Source of the DNA: Candidatus Krumholzibacteriia bacterium
GTDB taxonomy: Bacteria > Krumholzibacteriota > Krumholzibacteriia > LZORAL124-64-63
Length of the DNA: 64,000 nucleotides
Direction: 5' to 3'
Assembly: GCA_041908585.1 (NCBI GenBank)
Contig: JAYRFB010000201.1
Coordinates: 3,694-67,693, forward strand
Part shown: in pieces, positions 46,661-55,909 of the stretch
Position numbering within the stretch: the stretch's first letter is position 1
How the letters are laid out: each line of letters begins with the position of its first letter
Translations under genes and position numbers: made by a program
The notes under the pieces: model-generated
Seen by the model: only the letters and a program-made list of their open reading frames with translations
Database searches by the model: none
What the model was told of the DNA's origin: nothing

Positions 46661-48682
46661 TTGAAGCTGAGCGCGATGATCACGGGCGCGGCCTTGCTGG
46701 CCGCGCTCCCCGTACCGGCCGCAACAGACGTGCCCGTCCCCGCCCCCGATCGCCCGGTCTACACCGTCGAGGAACTGGTCGTCGTCGGCGTGCGCCCCGA
46801 GGCCACGCCCGCGGGTGTCGGCGCCGTGGCGGTGACGCCCGATTCGCTGGCGCTGTCGGCGGCCCCCACGCTGGAAGAGGTGCTGCGCGAGCTGCCGCAC
46901 CTGCACGTGCGCACGAACTCCCGCGGCGAGGCGGAGATCTCCACGCGCGGCTCGGACTCACGGCAGGTGGCGGTGCTGGTCGACGGCGTGCCGCTGACGC
47001 TGGCCTGGGACGCGCGCGCCGATGCCTCGGTGATCCCTTCGTCGGCGCCGCAGGAGATGACCTTCACGCGCGGCCTGTCGTCGATGCTGCACGGGCCGAA
47101 CGTGCTGGGCGGCGTGGTCGAGGTGAAGATCGGCAGCAGCGGCGGCGCGGCGACGGTCCGGGCGCGCGACGCCAAGCTGGGCCTGGACTCGAGCGGTGGC
47201 GCCGCCTTCACGGCGCGTGTGGCCGAGACCCTGGAAGTGGGCGGCGGCAGTGCCGTGGTACGGGCCGGCCTCGGCTGGCGCGACACGCCCGGCCAGGCCC
47301 TCGCCCGGGGCCTGGAGGAGCGGGCCGGCGCGCCCGACGGGCTGCGCCTGAACACGGACAGCCACGCCGTGGACGCATTCCTCTCCGCGCGGCGCGAGGG
47401 TGCCGGCGGCGACTGGGTCTCGTTCTCCGGCTTCGGCTCGCAGGGGCACCGCGGCATCGCCGCCGAACTGGGCGTGCCCGACGAGGATGCGCGCTTCTGG
47501 CGGTACCCTCGGGTGGAACGCGGCGTCGCCGTGGTGTCCGCCGGCACGGGCGAGCGTGCCTCGCCCCTGGGTGGCTACGGCGACCTCGAAGCCAGCTTCG
47601 GGCTGGACGCCGGCCGCACCGACATCGACGCCTTTGCCGACGCGGCGTACGACAGCGTCATCGCCTTCGAGGACGGGCGCGACCGCACGCTGACCATGCG
47701 CCTGTTGGGCGACCAGACGCTGGGCCGGCGCGCCGACCTGCGCGGTGCCTTCACGCTGGTGTCGATCCGCCACGACGAGTCGCTGCCGGGCGGCGACTCG
47801 CGCTACCGCCAGCGCCTGTGGAGCCTGGGCGGGGAGACCATCGTGCGCGTGCTGGACCCGGGCGCCACGCCGCGCTTCCTGAAGCTGTCGGCCGGCGCGG
47901 CCTGGGACGGGGCCGAGACGCCCGAGGCCGGCGGCAAGGAGCCGCTGGGCCGCCTGGACTCCTGGGGCGGCCGTCTGGGCCTGTCAGGCGGCCTGAACGA
48001 CGGCACCACGCTGCTGCACGCGGGCGTCAGCCGCCGCAGCCGCTTCCCTTCGCTGCGCGAGCTCTACTCCGGCGCGCTAAACCGCTTCGCCCCCAACCCC
48101 GACCTGGCGCCCGAGCGCCTGGTGGCCTGGGAGGCAGGCATCACCGCACGGGTCGGTCGCGGCGAGGTGCAGGCGGTACTCTTCCACAACCACCTCCGCG
48201 ATGCCGTGGTCCGGGTGCGCCTGCCGGCGCCCGACGGCCGCTTTCAGCGGATCAACCGCGACCGCCTCGACGCGACCGGGCTGGAGTTGATGGCGACCCA
48301 GGACTGGGGCCGGCTCTCGGCGAGCACCCACCTGACGCTGCAGTCGGTCGAGCTGGCGGATCAGGCCGAGGGCACCGAACGCCAGCCGGAGAACCTGCCC
48401 GAGGCCGCCGGCGGGCTCGGCCTGCGCGGCCGACTTCCCGGCGGGTGGACGACCCGCCTGGATGCCACCTGGACCGGTGAACAGTTCGCGATCGACCCGG
48501 CAACCGGCCTGGACAGCCGTCTGGCCCCCTCGCTGCGGTGCGATCTGGGGATCTCGCGGACAATGGGCCGGCATCTGGAGGTCTCGGCGACCCTGGCGAA
48601 CCTGGGTGACACGGTCTGCCTGGACCAATTGGGCCTGCCCCAGCCCGGGCGGACCATCGCGGTGCTGGTACAGATGCGCTAA
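46661..48682 (+). CDS. TonB-dependent outer-membrane receptor.
   Basis: Signal peptide, then a plug domain (EELVVVGVR..., AEISTRGSDSRQVAVLVDGVPL) and a beta-barrel with an aromatic C-terminus. Confidence 0.75.
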   Translation: MKLSAMITGAALLAALPVPAATDVPVPAPDRPVYTVEELVVVGVRPEATPAGVGAVAVTPDSLALSAAPTLEEVLRELPHLHVRTNSRGEAEISTRGSDSRQVAVLVDGVPLTLAWDARADASVIPSSAPQEMTFTRGLSSMLHGPNVLGGVVEVKIGSSGGAATVRARDAKLGLDSSGGAAFTARVAETLEVGGGSAVVRAGLGWRDTPGQALARGLEERAGAPDGLRLNTDSHAVDAFLSARREGAGGDWVSFSGFGSQGHRGIAAELGVPDEDARFWRYPRVERGVAVVSAGTGERASPLGGYGDLEASFGLDAGRTDIDAFADAAYDSVIAFEDGRDRTLTMRLLGDQTLGRRADLRGAFTLVSIRHDESLPGGDSRYRQRLWSLGGETIVRVLDPGATPRFLKLSAGAAWDGAETPEAGGKEPLGRLDSWGGRLGLSGGLNDGTTLLHAGVSRRSRFPSLRELYSGALNRFAPNPDLAPERLVAWEAGITARVGRGEVQAVLFHNHLRDAVVRVRLPAPDGRFQRINRDRLDATGLELMATQDWGRLSASTHLTLQSVELADQAEGTERQPENLPEAAGGLGLRGRLPGGWTTRLDATWTGEQFAIDPATGLDSRLAPSLRCDLGISRTMGRHLEVSATLANLGDTVCLDQLGLPQPGRTIAVLVQMR

Positions 48683-48745
48683 CCGGTTATCAGGGATAAA
48701 TTTAATCTCTATCTCGAAAAATTCTCGCCCTTTCAAAAAAAAGCT

Positions 48746-48774
48746 TTGCTCGCTATCCGTACAAAGTGGATAAT
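48746..48774 (+). promoter_or_regulatory. Sigma-70-like promoter for the GH16 gene within an AT-rich segment.
   Basis: TTGCTC -35, a 17-nt spacer, then GATAAT -10 (48769..48774). It sits in the AT-rich tract 48690..48780. The GH16 ATG is at 48860. Confidence 0.4.
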
Positions 48775-48859
48775 CGGTGCGCAGGCGCCCGTGCCTGCGC
48801 GCGCCCGCCCCGCACGCTGCCGGGCGCCCGGTCCCCGCCGCGAACAGGGAGTCATCGCC

Positions 48860-50695
48860 ATGCGCCAGCCCCTCGCCCACGCCCACGCCCGGTTCACCTC
48901 CGTTCTCATGAGCCTGCTCGCGTCAGTGCTGCTGCTGACGATCGCGATGCCCGCGACGGCGCAGGTCGGCGAGCTGATCTGGGCCGACGAGTTCAACAAC
49001 CTCGACAACTGGCTGAAGGTGACCGGCAACGGCTACTGGGGCTGGGGCAACGGCGAGCTGGAGTACTACCGCCCCGAGAACGTCGACATCGCCGACGTGC
49101 CGGGCGAGCCGGGCAACAAGGCGCTGCGCATCACCGCGAAGCAGGAAAGCGGCGCCGGCATCGTCGACCAGTGGGGTAACCCGCTCAGCTACACGTCGGG
49201 ACGCGTGGAGAGCAAGTCGTTCGTCTCGCTGAAGTACGGCATGATCGAGGCGCGCGTGCGCGTGCCGAACCTGGACCTCGGCGGGTGGCCCGCGTTCTGG
49301 CTGCTGGGCACCGCGAACTACGCCTGGCCGCGCAACGGCGAGATCGACATGCTCGAGATGGGCATGAAGAAGGTCTACCGCGACCTGCACGACACGCACA
49401 ACGGCGGCAATGGGCTGAACAACTCGACGGTCAACCAGATGATGGGCGCCAACACCATCTTCTACTCGGAGGCCGCGATCAATCCGGGCAACCCGTCGGG
49501 CGCCGCGAGCCTGGCCTGGGATCCCGAGGACGTCTATTATCGCCCCTACTACAACTACGCGAACCCGCTGTCCGGACGTTTCCTCACCTACCGCCTGTAC
49601 TGGGACGAGGACTCGCTGCGCCAGACGATCGTCGATAACGGCGTCGAGTACGACCTCTTCGCCGAGCCGTTCACGATCGACGAGGAGTCCGACGAGCTGC
49701 GCAACCCGTTCTTCCTGATCGCGAACCTGGCGATCGGCGGCGCCTTCACCGACTGCTGGCAGCTGGGCAACCCGGGCAGCGGCCTGCCGGTCACGATGCC
49801 CTTCCCCGCCACGATGTACGTCGACTACGTCCGCGCCTACCGCTGGAACGGGCAGGGCGAGGTTCACCTGGGCCCGCCGACGGCCCGGGGCGGCACCTTC
49901 GGCCTCTACACGGAGACGACGCCGGTCAACAGCTCCCTGGTCCCCGAGGTCGACTCGCACATCTACGTCTGGGAGAGCACGCTGGTCGACGGCACCACTG
50001 CGCCGTACGAGGGCAGCGACGTGCTGGCCTGGCGCACCAACAGCCGCGGCTGGTTCGGCGCCGGCATCATGTCGATCCAGCCGGTCAACCTGTTCGGCTT
50101 CGGCGACGGGCACCTCAACTTCCGCATCCGCATCCCGGCCAACGTGACCTTCAAGATCGGCGTCATCGATTCGTGGGGGAACCAGTACTACGTGAGCTTC
50201 CCGGCGGGCCAGACGAAGTACGGCCTGGTGCGCAACGGGCAGTGGGGCCAGGCCTCGATCCCGGTCAGCGACCTGCGCGGCACCGCGATCGACCTGCGCA
50301 TGCTCAGCTACGAGTTCGTGATCCTCGAGGAACAGGGTACCGCCTGCGAGTTCGCGATCGACGACATCTACTGGTCGGGCGGCATCGCCAGCGGCACGGA
50401 CGACCCGGTGGTCAGGCCGGTCACCGCCCGCGTGCTGGGCAACGTGCCCAACCCGTTCAACGCCGGCACCGAGCTGCGCTTCGAGCTGCCCGGCGCGGCG
50501 CCGTACGAGATCACCGTGTTCGACATGGCGGGCCGGCGCGTCGCGGCCTTCGAGGGGATCGGCCGCGAGGGGCGCAATGCGGTGCGCTGGGACGGCCGTG
50601 ACGAGGGTGGACGCAACGCGGCCGCCGGCGTCTACCACTACCGGCTGCGCGCGGGCGGGCACGAGTCCGCCGGCAAGCTGGTGCTGGTGAAGTAG
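48860..50695 (+). CDS. Secreted GH16 glycoside hydrolase (laminarinase or beta-glucanase-like) with a middle beta-sandwich domain and a T9SS-type C-terminal sorting domain.
   Basis: Catalytic motif GEIDMLEM (ExDxxE). The C-terminus NPFNAGTELRFELP...ITVFDMAGRRVA...AGVYHYRLRAGG...KLVLVK matches the Por/T9SS CTD pattern. Confidence 0.85.
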   Translation: MRQPLAHAHARFTSVLMSLLASVLLLTIAMPATAQVGELIWADEFNNLDNWLKVTGNGYWGWGNGELEYYRPENVDIADVPGEPGNKALRITAKQESGAGIVDQWGNPLSYTSGRVESKSFVSLKYGMIEARVRVPNLDLGGWPAFWLLGTANYAWPRNGEIDMLEMGMKKVYRDLHDTHNGGNGLNNSTVNQMMGANTIFYSEAAINPGNPSGAASLAWDPEDVYYRPYYNYANPLSGRFLTYRLYWDEDSLRQTIVDNGVEYDLFAEPFTIDEESDELRNPFFLIANLAIGGAFTDCWQLGNPGSGLPVTMPFPATMYVDYVRAYRWNGQGEVHLGPPTARGGTFGLYTETTPVNSSLVPEVDSHIYVWESTLVDGTTAPYEGSDVLAWRTNSRGWFGAGIMSIQPVNLFGFGDGHLNFRIRIPANVTFKIGVIDSWGNQYYVSFPAGQTKYGLVRNGQWGQASIPVSDLRGTAIDLRMLSYEFVILEEQGTACEFAIDDIYWSGGIASGTDDPVVRPVTARVLGNVPNPFNAGTELRFELPGAAPYEITVFDMAGRRVAAFEGIGREGRNAVRWDGRDEGGRNAAAGVYHYRLRAGGHESAGKLVLVK

Positions 50696-50749
50696 GCCGC
50701 GGCGATGCGCGTCGCGGCCGGGGAAGGGACTGCACCTGGAGGACCCGAG

Positions 50750-51349
50750 ATGAAGAGAAAGCTCACGACGATCGTCGCGCTGCTGGCCCTTGCTGTGGCC
50801 GGCACCGCGTTCGCCAACGCCCTGGACAACCCGGGCTTCGAGACCGGCGACCTGACCGCCTGGCAGTCGCTGGGCGGCAATGCCAGCGCCACGATCTCGG
50901 TGGTGTCCGACAACGGCCCGAGCGCCCCCGGCAGCCACTGCGCGTACATGGCCAACTTCGGCCAGGCCGTCGGCCTGACGCTGAAGCAGACCACCGTGCC
51001 GGGCACCGCCATCGGCGGGCTGGTCACCTGGACGTTCGACCTCAAGCTGGGCCAGGCCGGGCTGGGCGGCGTTTTCTTCGTGCAGATCTTCGCCGAGCAG
51101 TCGGGCGTGGGCATCGTCGGCGGGTCGGGCCTGCTGGGCAACTACACGCCCGCCGGCTGGCAGACGTTCACCGGCTCGTTCATGGCGCCTCCGGGCACCG
51201 ACTTCCTGACGATCCAGTTCATGGCCAACACGGGCGCCGTCGTGGGCGGCAGCTCGACGATGTACGTGGACAACGTCAAGCTCGAGCAGGAGGGCATCGT
51301 CTCCACCGAGTCCGCAACCTGGGGCGGCATCAAGGGCCTGTTCCGCTAG
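50750..51349 (+). CDS. Secreted carbohydrate-binding-module-like protein (CBM4_9-like).
   Basis: Signal peptide MKRKLTTIVALLALAVAGTAFA, then NPGFETGDLTAWQ... and DNVKLE, typical of CBM4/9/22-like modules. Confidence 0.5.
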   Translation: MKRKLTTIVALLALAVAGTAFANALDNPGFETGDLTAWQSLGGNASATISVVSDNGPSAPGSHCAYMANFGQAVGLTLKQTTVPGTAIGGLVTWTFDLKLGQAGLGGVFFVQIFAEQSGVGIVGGSGLLGNYTPAGWQTFTGSFMAPPGTDFLTIQFMANTGAVVGGSSTMYVDNVKLEQEGIVSTESATWGGIKGLFR

Positions 51350-51375
51350 ACCCTGGCACATCCGGACGCTTTGGA

Positions 51376-51415
51376 GGAGGGGCCGCCTTGCACCAGGCGG
51401 CCCCTCCGTTCTTCA
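51376..51415 (+). terminator. Rho-independent terminator after the CBM-like gene.
   Basis: Perfect 12-bp inverted repeat GGAGGGGCCGCC-ttgcacca-GGCGGCCCCTCC, followed by GTTCTTC. Confidence 0.5.
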
Positions 51416-51507
51416 GGCGGCAGCGGCGGTGACGTCGCTTCGGCGGTAGACATGTGGTTGTCCGGCGCCACACCCGCTCACGCCACTTCCGGGACCGGAG
51501 ACATCTC

Positions 51508-52110
51508 GTGGACTCGCCAACTCCCATTCCGTCGGTCCCCGTGTTCCCGCTGGACGACTACTTCGTCTTCCCGGGCTCGGTGACGCCGCTCCACGTGTTC
51601 GAGACGCGTTATCGCCAGATGATGCGCGACCTGATGGACAGCAGCGGGCGCTTCGTCATGGCGCCCACCGACCCGTCGCAGGCGCGCGATCCCGGCGCGG
51701 GCGGGTCGCCACCGCTGCCGGAGCTGGGCACGCTGGTGGAGATCCTGCGCACCGAGGAACTCGAGGACGGCCGCTGGCTGGTGCTCCTGCTCGCGTTGGC
51801 CCGCGTGAGGCTGGCGGAAGTGCCCAGCGACCGGCTCTACCGCCGGGCGGAAGCGCAGCTGCTCGCCGAGCCGGAACCGGACGGGCCGGCGCCGGATGCG
51901 GCGGGGCTGCGCGCGGCGCTGTTCACGGCGCTGCAGCAGGCATCCGACGGCATCGCTGTCGAGCTGCCGGAGGATGTCCCGACGGGGCGGCTGGCCGACC
52001 TGCTGCTGCAGGCGCTGCCGCTGGAGCCGGCGCGGCGGCGGCAGGCGTTCGCGGAGCTGGACCCGGAAGCCCGAGCGCGGCTGGCGCTGGGCTGGTTCAC
52101 ACCAGCATGA
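51508..52110 (+). CDS. Lon N-terminal (LON substrate-binding, PUA-like) domain protein.
   Basis: GTG start with a GGAG RBS. PVFPLDDYFVFPGSVTPLHVFETRYRQMM is the hallmark of the Lon N-terminal domain. 200 aa with no ATPase domain. Confidence 0.65.
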   Translation: MDSPTPIPSVPVFPLDDYFVFPGSVTPLHVFETRYRQMMRDLMDSSGRFVMAPTDPSQARDPGAGGSPPLPELGTLVEILRTEELEDGRWLVLLLALARVRLAEVPSDRLYRRAEAQLLAEPEPDGPAPDAAGLRAALFTALQQASDGIAVELPEDVPTGRLADLLLQALPLEPARRRQAFAELDPEARARLALGWFTPA

Positions 52111-52408
52111 AGAGCGCCGCCATCGCCAGCGCTGCCGCTCGAGCCAGCGCGCGCGCGCGCGGCGAGAGGCCCGGCTGCGACGCGGCGCGCCAGCCGGCCA
52201 CGGCGATGAGCACGTTGTAGGGCACCGGCAGGAAATGGATGACCAGGGCGATCGCCGAGGCGGCAGCCCCGTCCGTGGTCAGCCAGATCGACAGCGCCAA
52301 TGCCGAGCACCCCGCGTTGAGCATGAGCCCGCGCAGCAGGCCCCAGGTACCGAGCGTCTCGGCCAGCGACAGGCGTCCCTCCCACAGATCGCGCAGGATG
52401 GCCAACAT
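52097..52408 (-). CDS. Small hypothetical membrane protein (about 103 aa).
   Basis: ATG with a GGGGAG RBS. Three predicted hydrophobic helices are present. It is convergent with the Lon-N gene and overlaps it slightly. Confidence 0.35.
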   Translation of the reverse strand: MLAILRDLWEGRLSLAETLGTWGLLRGLMLNAGCSALALSIWLTTDGAAASAIALVIHFLPVPYNVLIAVAGWRAASQPGLSPRARALARAAALAMAALFMLV

Positions 52409-52524
52409 TCCCACTCCCCCGGGCCTTCCCGGCGACGATGCCGCTGCAGGCGCGCGCCGCCTCGCAACAGGGCCCCGGGCGACTGGCGTCCGGGGCCCCT
52501 CGTGCTCGTCCCGCGTGCCTGGCC

Positions 52525-53985
52525 TCAGCGATCGGTGCGGACCAGCTCCACGCGGCGGTTCGCCTGGCGACCCGCGTCGGTGGTGTTGTCGGCCACCGGC
52601 AGGTCCTCCCCGTAGCCGACGGCGGTCATCCGCTCCGGCTCCACGCCGGCGCCGATCAGGTACTCGCGCACGGACTCGGCGCGCTGCGCCGACAGGTTCC
52701 GGTTGGCCTCGGCCGCGCCCACGTTGTCCGTGTGGCCCTGCACCTCGACCTTCACCATCGGCCAGGCCTTCAGCGACGCGGCCACCTCCTCGAGCACCGT
52801 CACCGACGACGGGTCGAGCTGCGCCGAGCCGGTCTTGAACCGCACGCCCTTGAGCACCATCGCGGCCTTGATCTCCGCGGCCTGCGGGCAGCCGTCGGCG
52901 CCCACCTTGACGCCGGCCGGCGTGTCCGGGCACAGGTCGGCGGCATCGTTCACGCCGTCGCCGTCGTTGTCGGCCTCCGGGCAGCCGTCCTGGTCCTGGA
53001 ACCCGTCCGGGTCCTCCGCCTGGTCCGGGCACTTGTCGTTGACGTCGAGGACGCCGTCGCCGTCGTTGTCCGGATCCGGGCAGCCGTCCTCGTCGCGGAA
53101 GCCGTCGCGGTCCTCCGGATCGTTGGGGCAGCCGTCCACGGCGTCGGGCACGCCGTCGCTGTCGTTGTCCAGGTCCGGGCAGCCGTCGGTGTCCTGCCAG
53201 CCGTCCATGTCCTCGGCCGCCTCGGGGCAGACGTCGACGTCGTCGAGGATGCCGTCGCCATCGCTGTCCTTGCTGCCGCCCCAGTACCAGGCGAAGCCGG
53301 CGTAGGCCTCGAGGATGCCGTTGTTGGCATCGACCTCGGCAGGGCCCCAGAGGTTGCCCGTGCCGACGTTGTCGAGGTCGTTGTCGATGATCTGCGTGTA
53401 GCGCGCGCCCAGGTCGAGGCTGGAGTTCTCGCCGACGAACCACTCCACGCCGGCGCTGAGCGTGCCGGTCAGGTTCTGGCCGTGCAGGATGTGGCTGCGG
53501 CCGCTCGCATCGTAGCCGTGCAGCACCTCGCCGTCGGGCATGAGGCCGACGCCGTCGACGCCGTTCTCGTCGCGCACGCGCGTGTCGAGGTAGCCCGCGT
53601 AGAGCCCGGCGTACGGCACGAACCTCGACTCGGGCGCGAAGTGGCGCCGCACGCCGATCATCCCGTGCAGCGTCGTCGTGTAGAAGGCATGCACGCTCTT
53701 GAACGTGAGGCCGGCGTCCTCGCCGCGGTCCGCGCCGGGGCGGATCCAGCCGTACTTCAGGCCCGCCTCGAGCGACCACTCCGGCGTCAACCCGTTGCGG
53801 ATCCACAGCGTCCCGTCCTGGTCGACGTTCGAATAGTCGTGATCGCCGCCGACCAGCTTCTGCATGCCGAGCTGGAAGCCGACGCCCCAGCGCTCGCTGA
53901 GGTCATCGGCCGAGGCCGGACCGGCGGCGAGCAGCAGCGTCGAGGCCAGCATGGCTGCGCAGGCCCAGGCACAGGATTTCCTCAT
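52525..53985 (-). CDS. OmpA-family outer-membrane protein with thrombospondin type 3 (TSP3) Asp-rich repeats.
   Basis: Signal peptide MRKSCAWACAAMLASTLLLAAGPASA. An N-terminal beta-barrel-like region is followed by repeated DxDxDGxxDxxDxCP motifs. The C-terminus is an OmpA domain (VQGHTDNVG...NRRVE). Confidence 0.85.
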   Translation of the reverse strand: MRKSCAWACAAMLASTLLLAAGPASADDLSERWGVGFQLGMQKLVGGDHDYSNVDQDGTLWIRNGLTPEWSLEAGLKYGWIRPGADRGEDAGLTFKSVHAFYTTTLHGMIGVRRHFAPESRFVPYAGLYAGYLDTRVRDENGVDGVGLMPDGEVLHGYDASGRSHILHGQNLTGTLSAGVEWFVGENSSLDLGARYTQIIDNDLDNVGTGNLWGPAEVDANNGILEAYAGFAWYWGGSKDSDGDGILDDVDVCPEAAEDMDGWQDTDGCPDLDNDSDGVPDAVDGCPNDPEDRDGFRDEDGCPDPDNDGDGVLDVNDKCPDQAEDPDGFQDQDGCPEADNDGDGVNDAADLCPDTPAGVKVGADGCPQAAEIKAAMVLKGVRFKTGSAQLDPSSVTVLEEVAASLKAWPMVKVEVQGHTDNVGAAEANRNLSAQRAESVREYLIGAGVEPERMTAVGYGEDLPVADNTTDAGRQANRRVELVRTDR

Positions 53986-54174
53986 GTTCATCCCTCCCAC
54001 GCGGTTTCGACCGCGCGATTCGGCTGGTTGCCGTTCCGGATTGGCTCGGTCCCAATACTTAGGCCACTGCCGCGGTTTGATCCAGCTATTTCTGACCGCC
54101 GCGGGCGCGGTTGCCGACGCGACGGGCGCAAGCTAAGGTGCTGCAAACGCGCAGCAACCCCGACGGAGGCTTCG

Positions 54175-55194
54175 ATGACCGACCCGACACCCACCAGGCC
54201 CTGGGCCGGCCACCGGCTGGCCGCGGAACTGGACGTGGCCCTGGCCGCGGTTCGCGAGGCCGCGTCGCTGTGCCACGAGGTGGGCGCCGGCGTCGATCGC
54301 GGCGAGCTGGCCAAGCCCGACCGCAGCCCCGTGACGGTGGCCGACTTCGGGGCCCAGGCGCTGGTCTGCCGCTCGCTGGCAGAGGCGTTTCCCGGCGACC
54401 CGGTGATGGGCGAGGAGGGTTCCGCCGGGCTGCTCGCGCCCGGCAACGAGACGCTGCTGGCGCGCGTGACATCGCTCGTGGCGGCCCGGCGGCCCGGCGC
54501 CTCGGCCGCCGACGTCTGCGCCTGGATCGATCGCGGCGCGCTGGATCGCGCGACCCCGCGCTTCTGGACGCTGGACCCGGTCGACGGCACGAAGGGCTTC
54601 CTGCGCGGCGGTCAGTACGCCGTCGCGCTGGCCCTGATCGTGGACGGCGAGCTGGCCGTGTCGGCGATGGGCTGCCCGAGCCTGGGCGAATCGGCGGAAG
54701 GGCCGGCCGGCGCCGGCTCCCTGTTCGCGGCCGTGGCCGGCGGCGGCGCCTGGCAGCTTCCGCTGAGGGGCGACGGACCGGCGCACCGCCTGCGCACGCG
54801 CGCGACGGACGACCCTTCGCGCCTGCGGTTCTGCGAGTCGGTGGAGGCCGCCCACTCCTCGCACGGCAACGCGGCGCGCGTGGTGGCCCTGCTGGGCGCG
54901 GCGACGGCCCCGGCGCGCCTGGACAGCCAGGCGAAATACGGCGTCGTGGCGCGCGGCGAGGCCGACGCCTACCTGCGCATGCCCAACCGCGCGGACTACG
55001 CCGAGAACATCTGGGACCACGGGCCCGGCGCCCTGATCGTGACCGAGGCGGGGGGCGCGGTGACGGACATCGCCGGCCGCCCTCTCGATTTCTCGCTGGG
55101 CGCCAAGCTGGAGCACAACCGGGGCGTCGTCGCCTCGAGCGGGCCGGCGCACGGCGCCATCATCGCCGCGATCCGGGGCCTGGGCCTGGCCTGA
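54175..55194 (+). CDS. 3'(2'),5'-bisphosphate nucleotidase / inositol monophosphatase family (CysQ/HAL2-like).
   Basis: RBS GGAGG. Motifs WTLDPVDGTKGF and ...WDHGPGALIVTEAGG match the IMPase/CysQ family. Confidence 0.8.
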   Translation: MTDPTPTRPWAGHRLAAELDVALAAVREAASLCHEVGAGVDRGELAKPDRSPVTVADFGAQALVCRSLAEAFPGDPVMGEEGSAGLLAPGNETLLARVTSLVAARRPGASAADVCAWIDRGALDRATPRFWTLDPVDGTKGFLRGGQYAVALALIVDGELAVSAMGCPSLGESAEGPAGAGSLFAAVAGGGAWQLPLRGDGPAHRLRTRATDDPSRLRFCESVEAAHSSHGNAARVVALLGAATAPARLDSQAKYGVVARGEADAYLRMPNRADYAENIWDHGPGALIVTEAGGAVTDIAGRPLDFSLGAKLEHNRGVVASSGPAHGAIIAAIRGLGLA

Positions 55195-55218
55195 GGCGCA
55201 GGTGCCGGGGCCCGACGT

Positions 55219-55800
55219 TCAGCGGAAGCGCGGCTCCGCCCCGGGCGTCTCGCGGTAGGCCGTCTCGCGCTTCGGCTGCCACTGCCCGGCGGCCTGCATG
55301 CGGCTGCTCACCGTCAGGCCTTCGGCGGTGCGGCGCCAGACGCCTTCCACCTTCGTGATCCCGCCGGCATCGCCCACGACATCCTCGAGCGTGACCAGCG
55401 AATCGCCCGCCGCCGTCATGGTGCCGACGGTATGGAAGCCGGCGGTGGTCACGTACCAATAGCGGATGGAGCCGGTCGAGGCATCCCAGGTGACAAGCGA
55501 TTCGCCGCCGTAGTCGCCGCCGTTGATCGAGTGGGTGATGCGCACCGCCTTGCCGCCGAGCACGGTCTCCCACTTCTGGATGTCCACCGCCGCGCCCTCG
55601 TTGCCGGCCGGGCCCATGCTGGCGGTAAACGTCCGGTCGACATACGGCGCCAGCGGCGCCAGGCGCGCGTCGAGCTCGCCGGCCCTCGCCACCGTGCCGC
55701 CGGTCGCGACGGCGGCGAGCACCGCGCAGGCGAGCCGCCGGAAAAGGTCGCCGGCACCGGAACGGGCGATGAAGGAGTGACGACGGCGACAGGACTGCAT
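55219..55800 (-). CDS. Hypothetical secreted protein.
   Basis: From MQSCRRRH, with a signal-like hydrophobic segment (LACAVLAAVATGG). No recognisable domain. The longer ORF upstream of this start is low-complexity. Confidence 0.35.
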   Translation of the reverse strand: MQSCRRRHSFIARSGAGDLFRRLACAVLAAVATGGTVARAGELDARLAPLAPYVDRTFTASMGPAGNEGAAVDIQKWETVLGGKAVRITHSINGGDYGGESLVTWDASTGSIRYWYVTTAGFHTVGTMTAAGDSLVTLEDVVGDAGGITKVEGVWRRTAEGLTVSSRMQAAGQWQPKRETAYRETPGAEPRFR

Positions 55801-55909
55801 GGCGCGCACCTCGCGGGAGGGGAAGGATTCGCCGCTGGCCCGGCCGCGGCGATTGGGGCATCCTTGGCAAGGTAGCGCCGGGCCATCGGGGCCGGCCACA
55901 CGGGAGGAC

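Noticed and set aside
52097-53806. 569-aa minus-strand ORF.
   Set aside because: It is an alternative frame across the OmpA/TSP3 gene. Only its terminal 103 codons, with their own RBS and start, were kept as a tentative small membrane protein.
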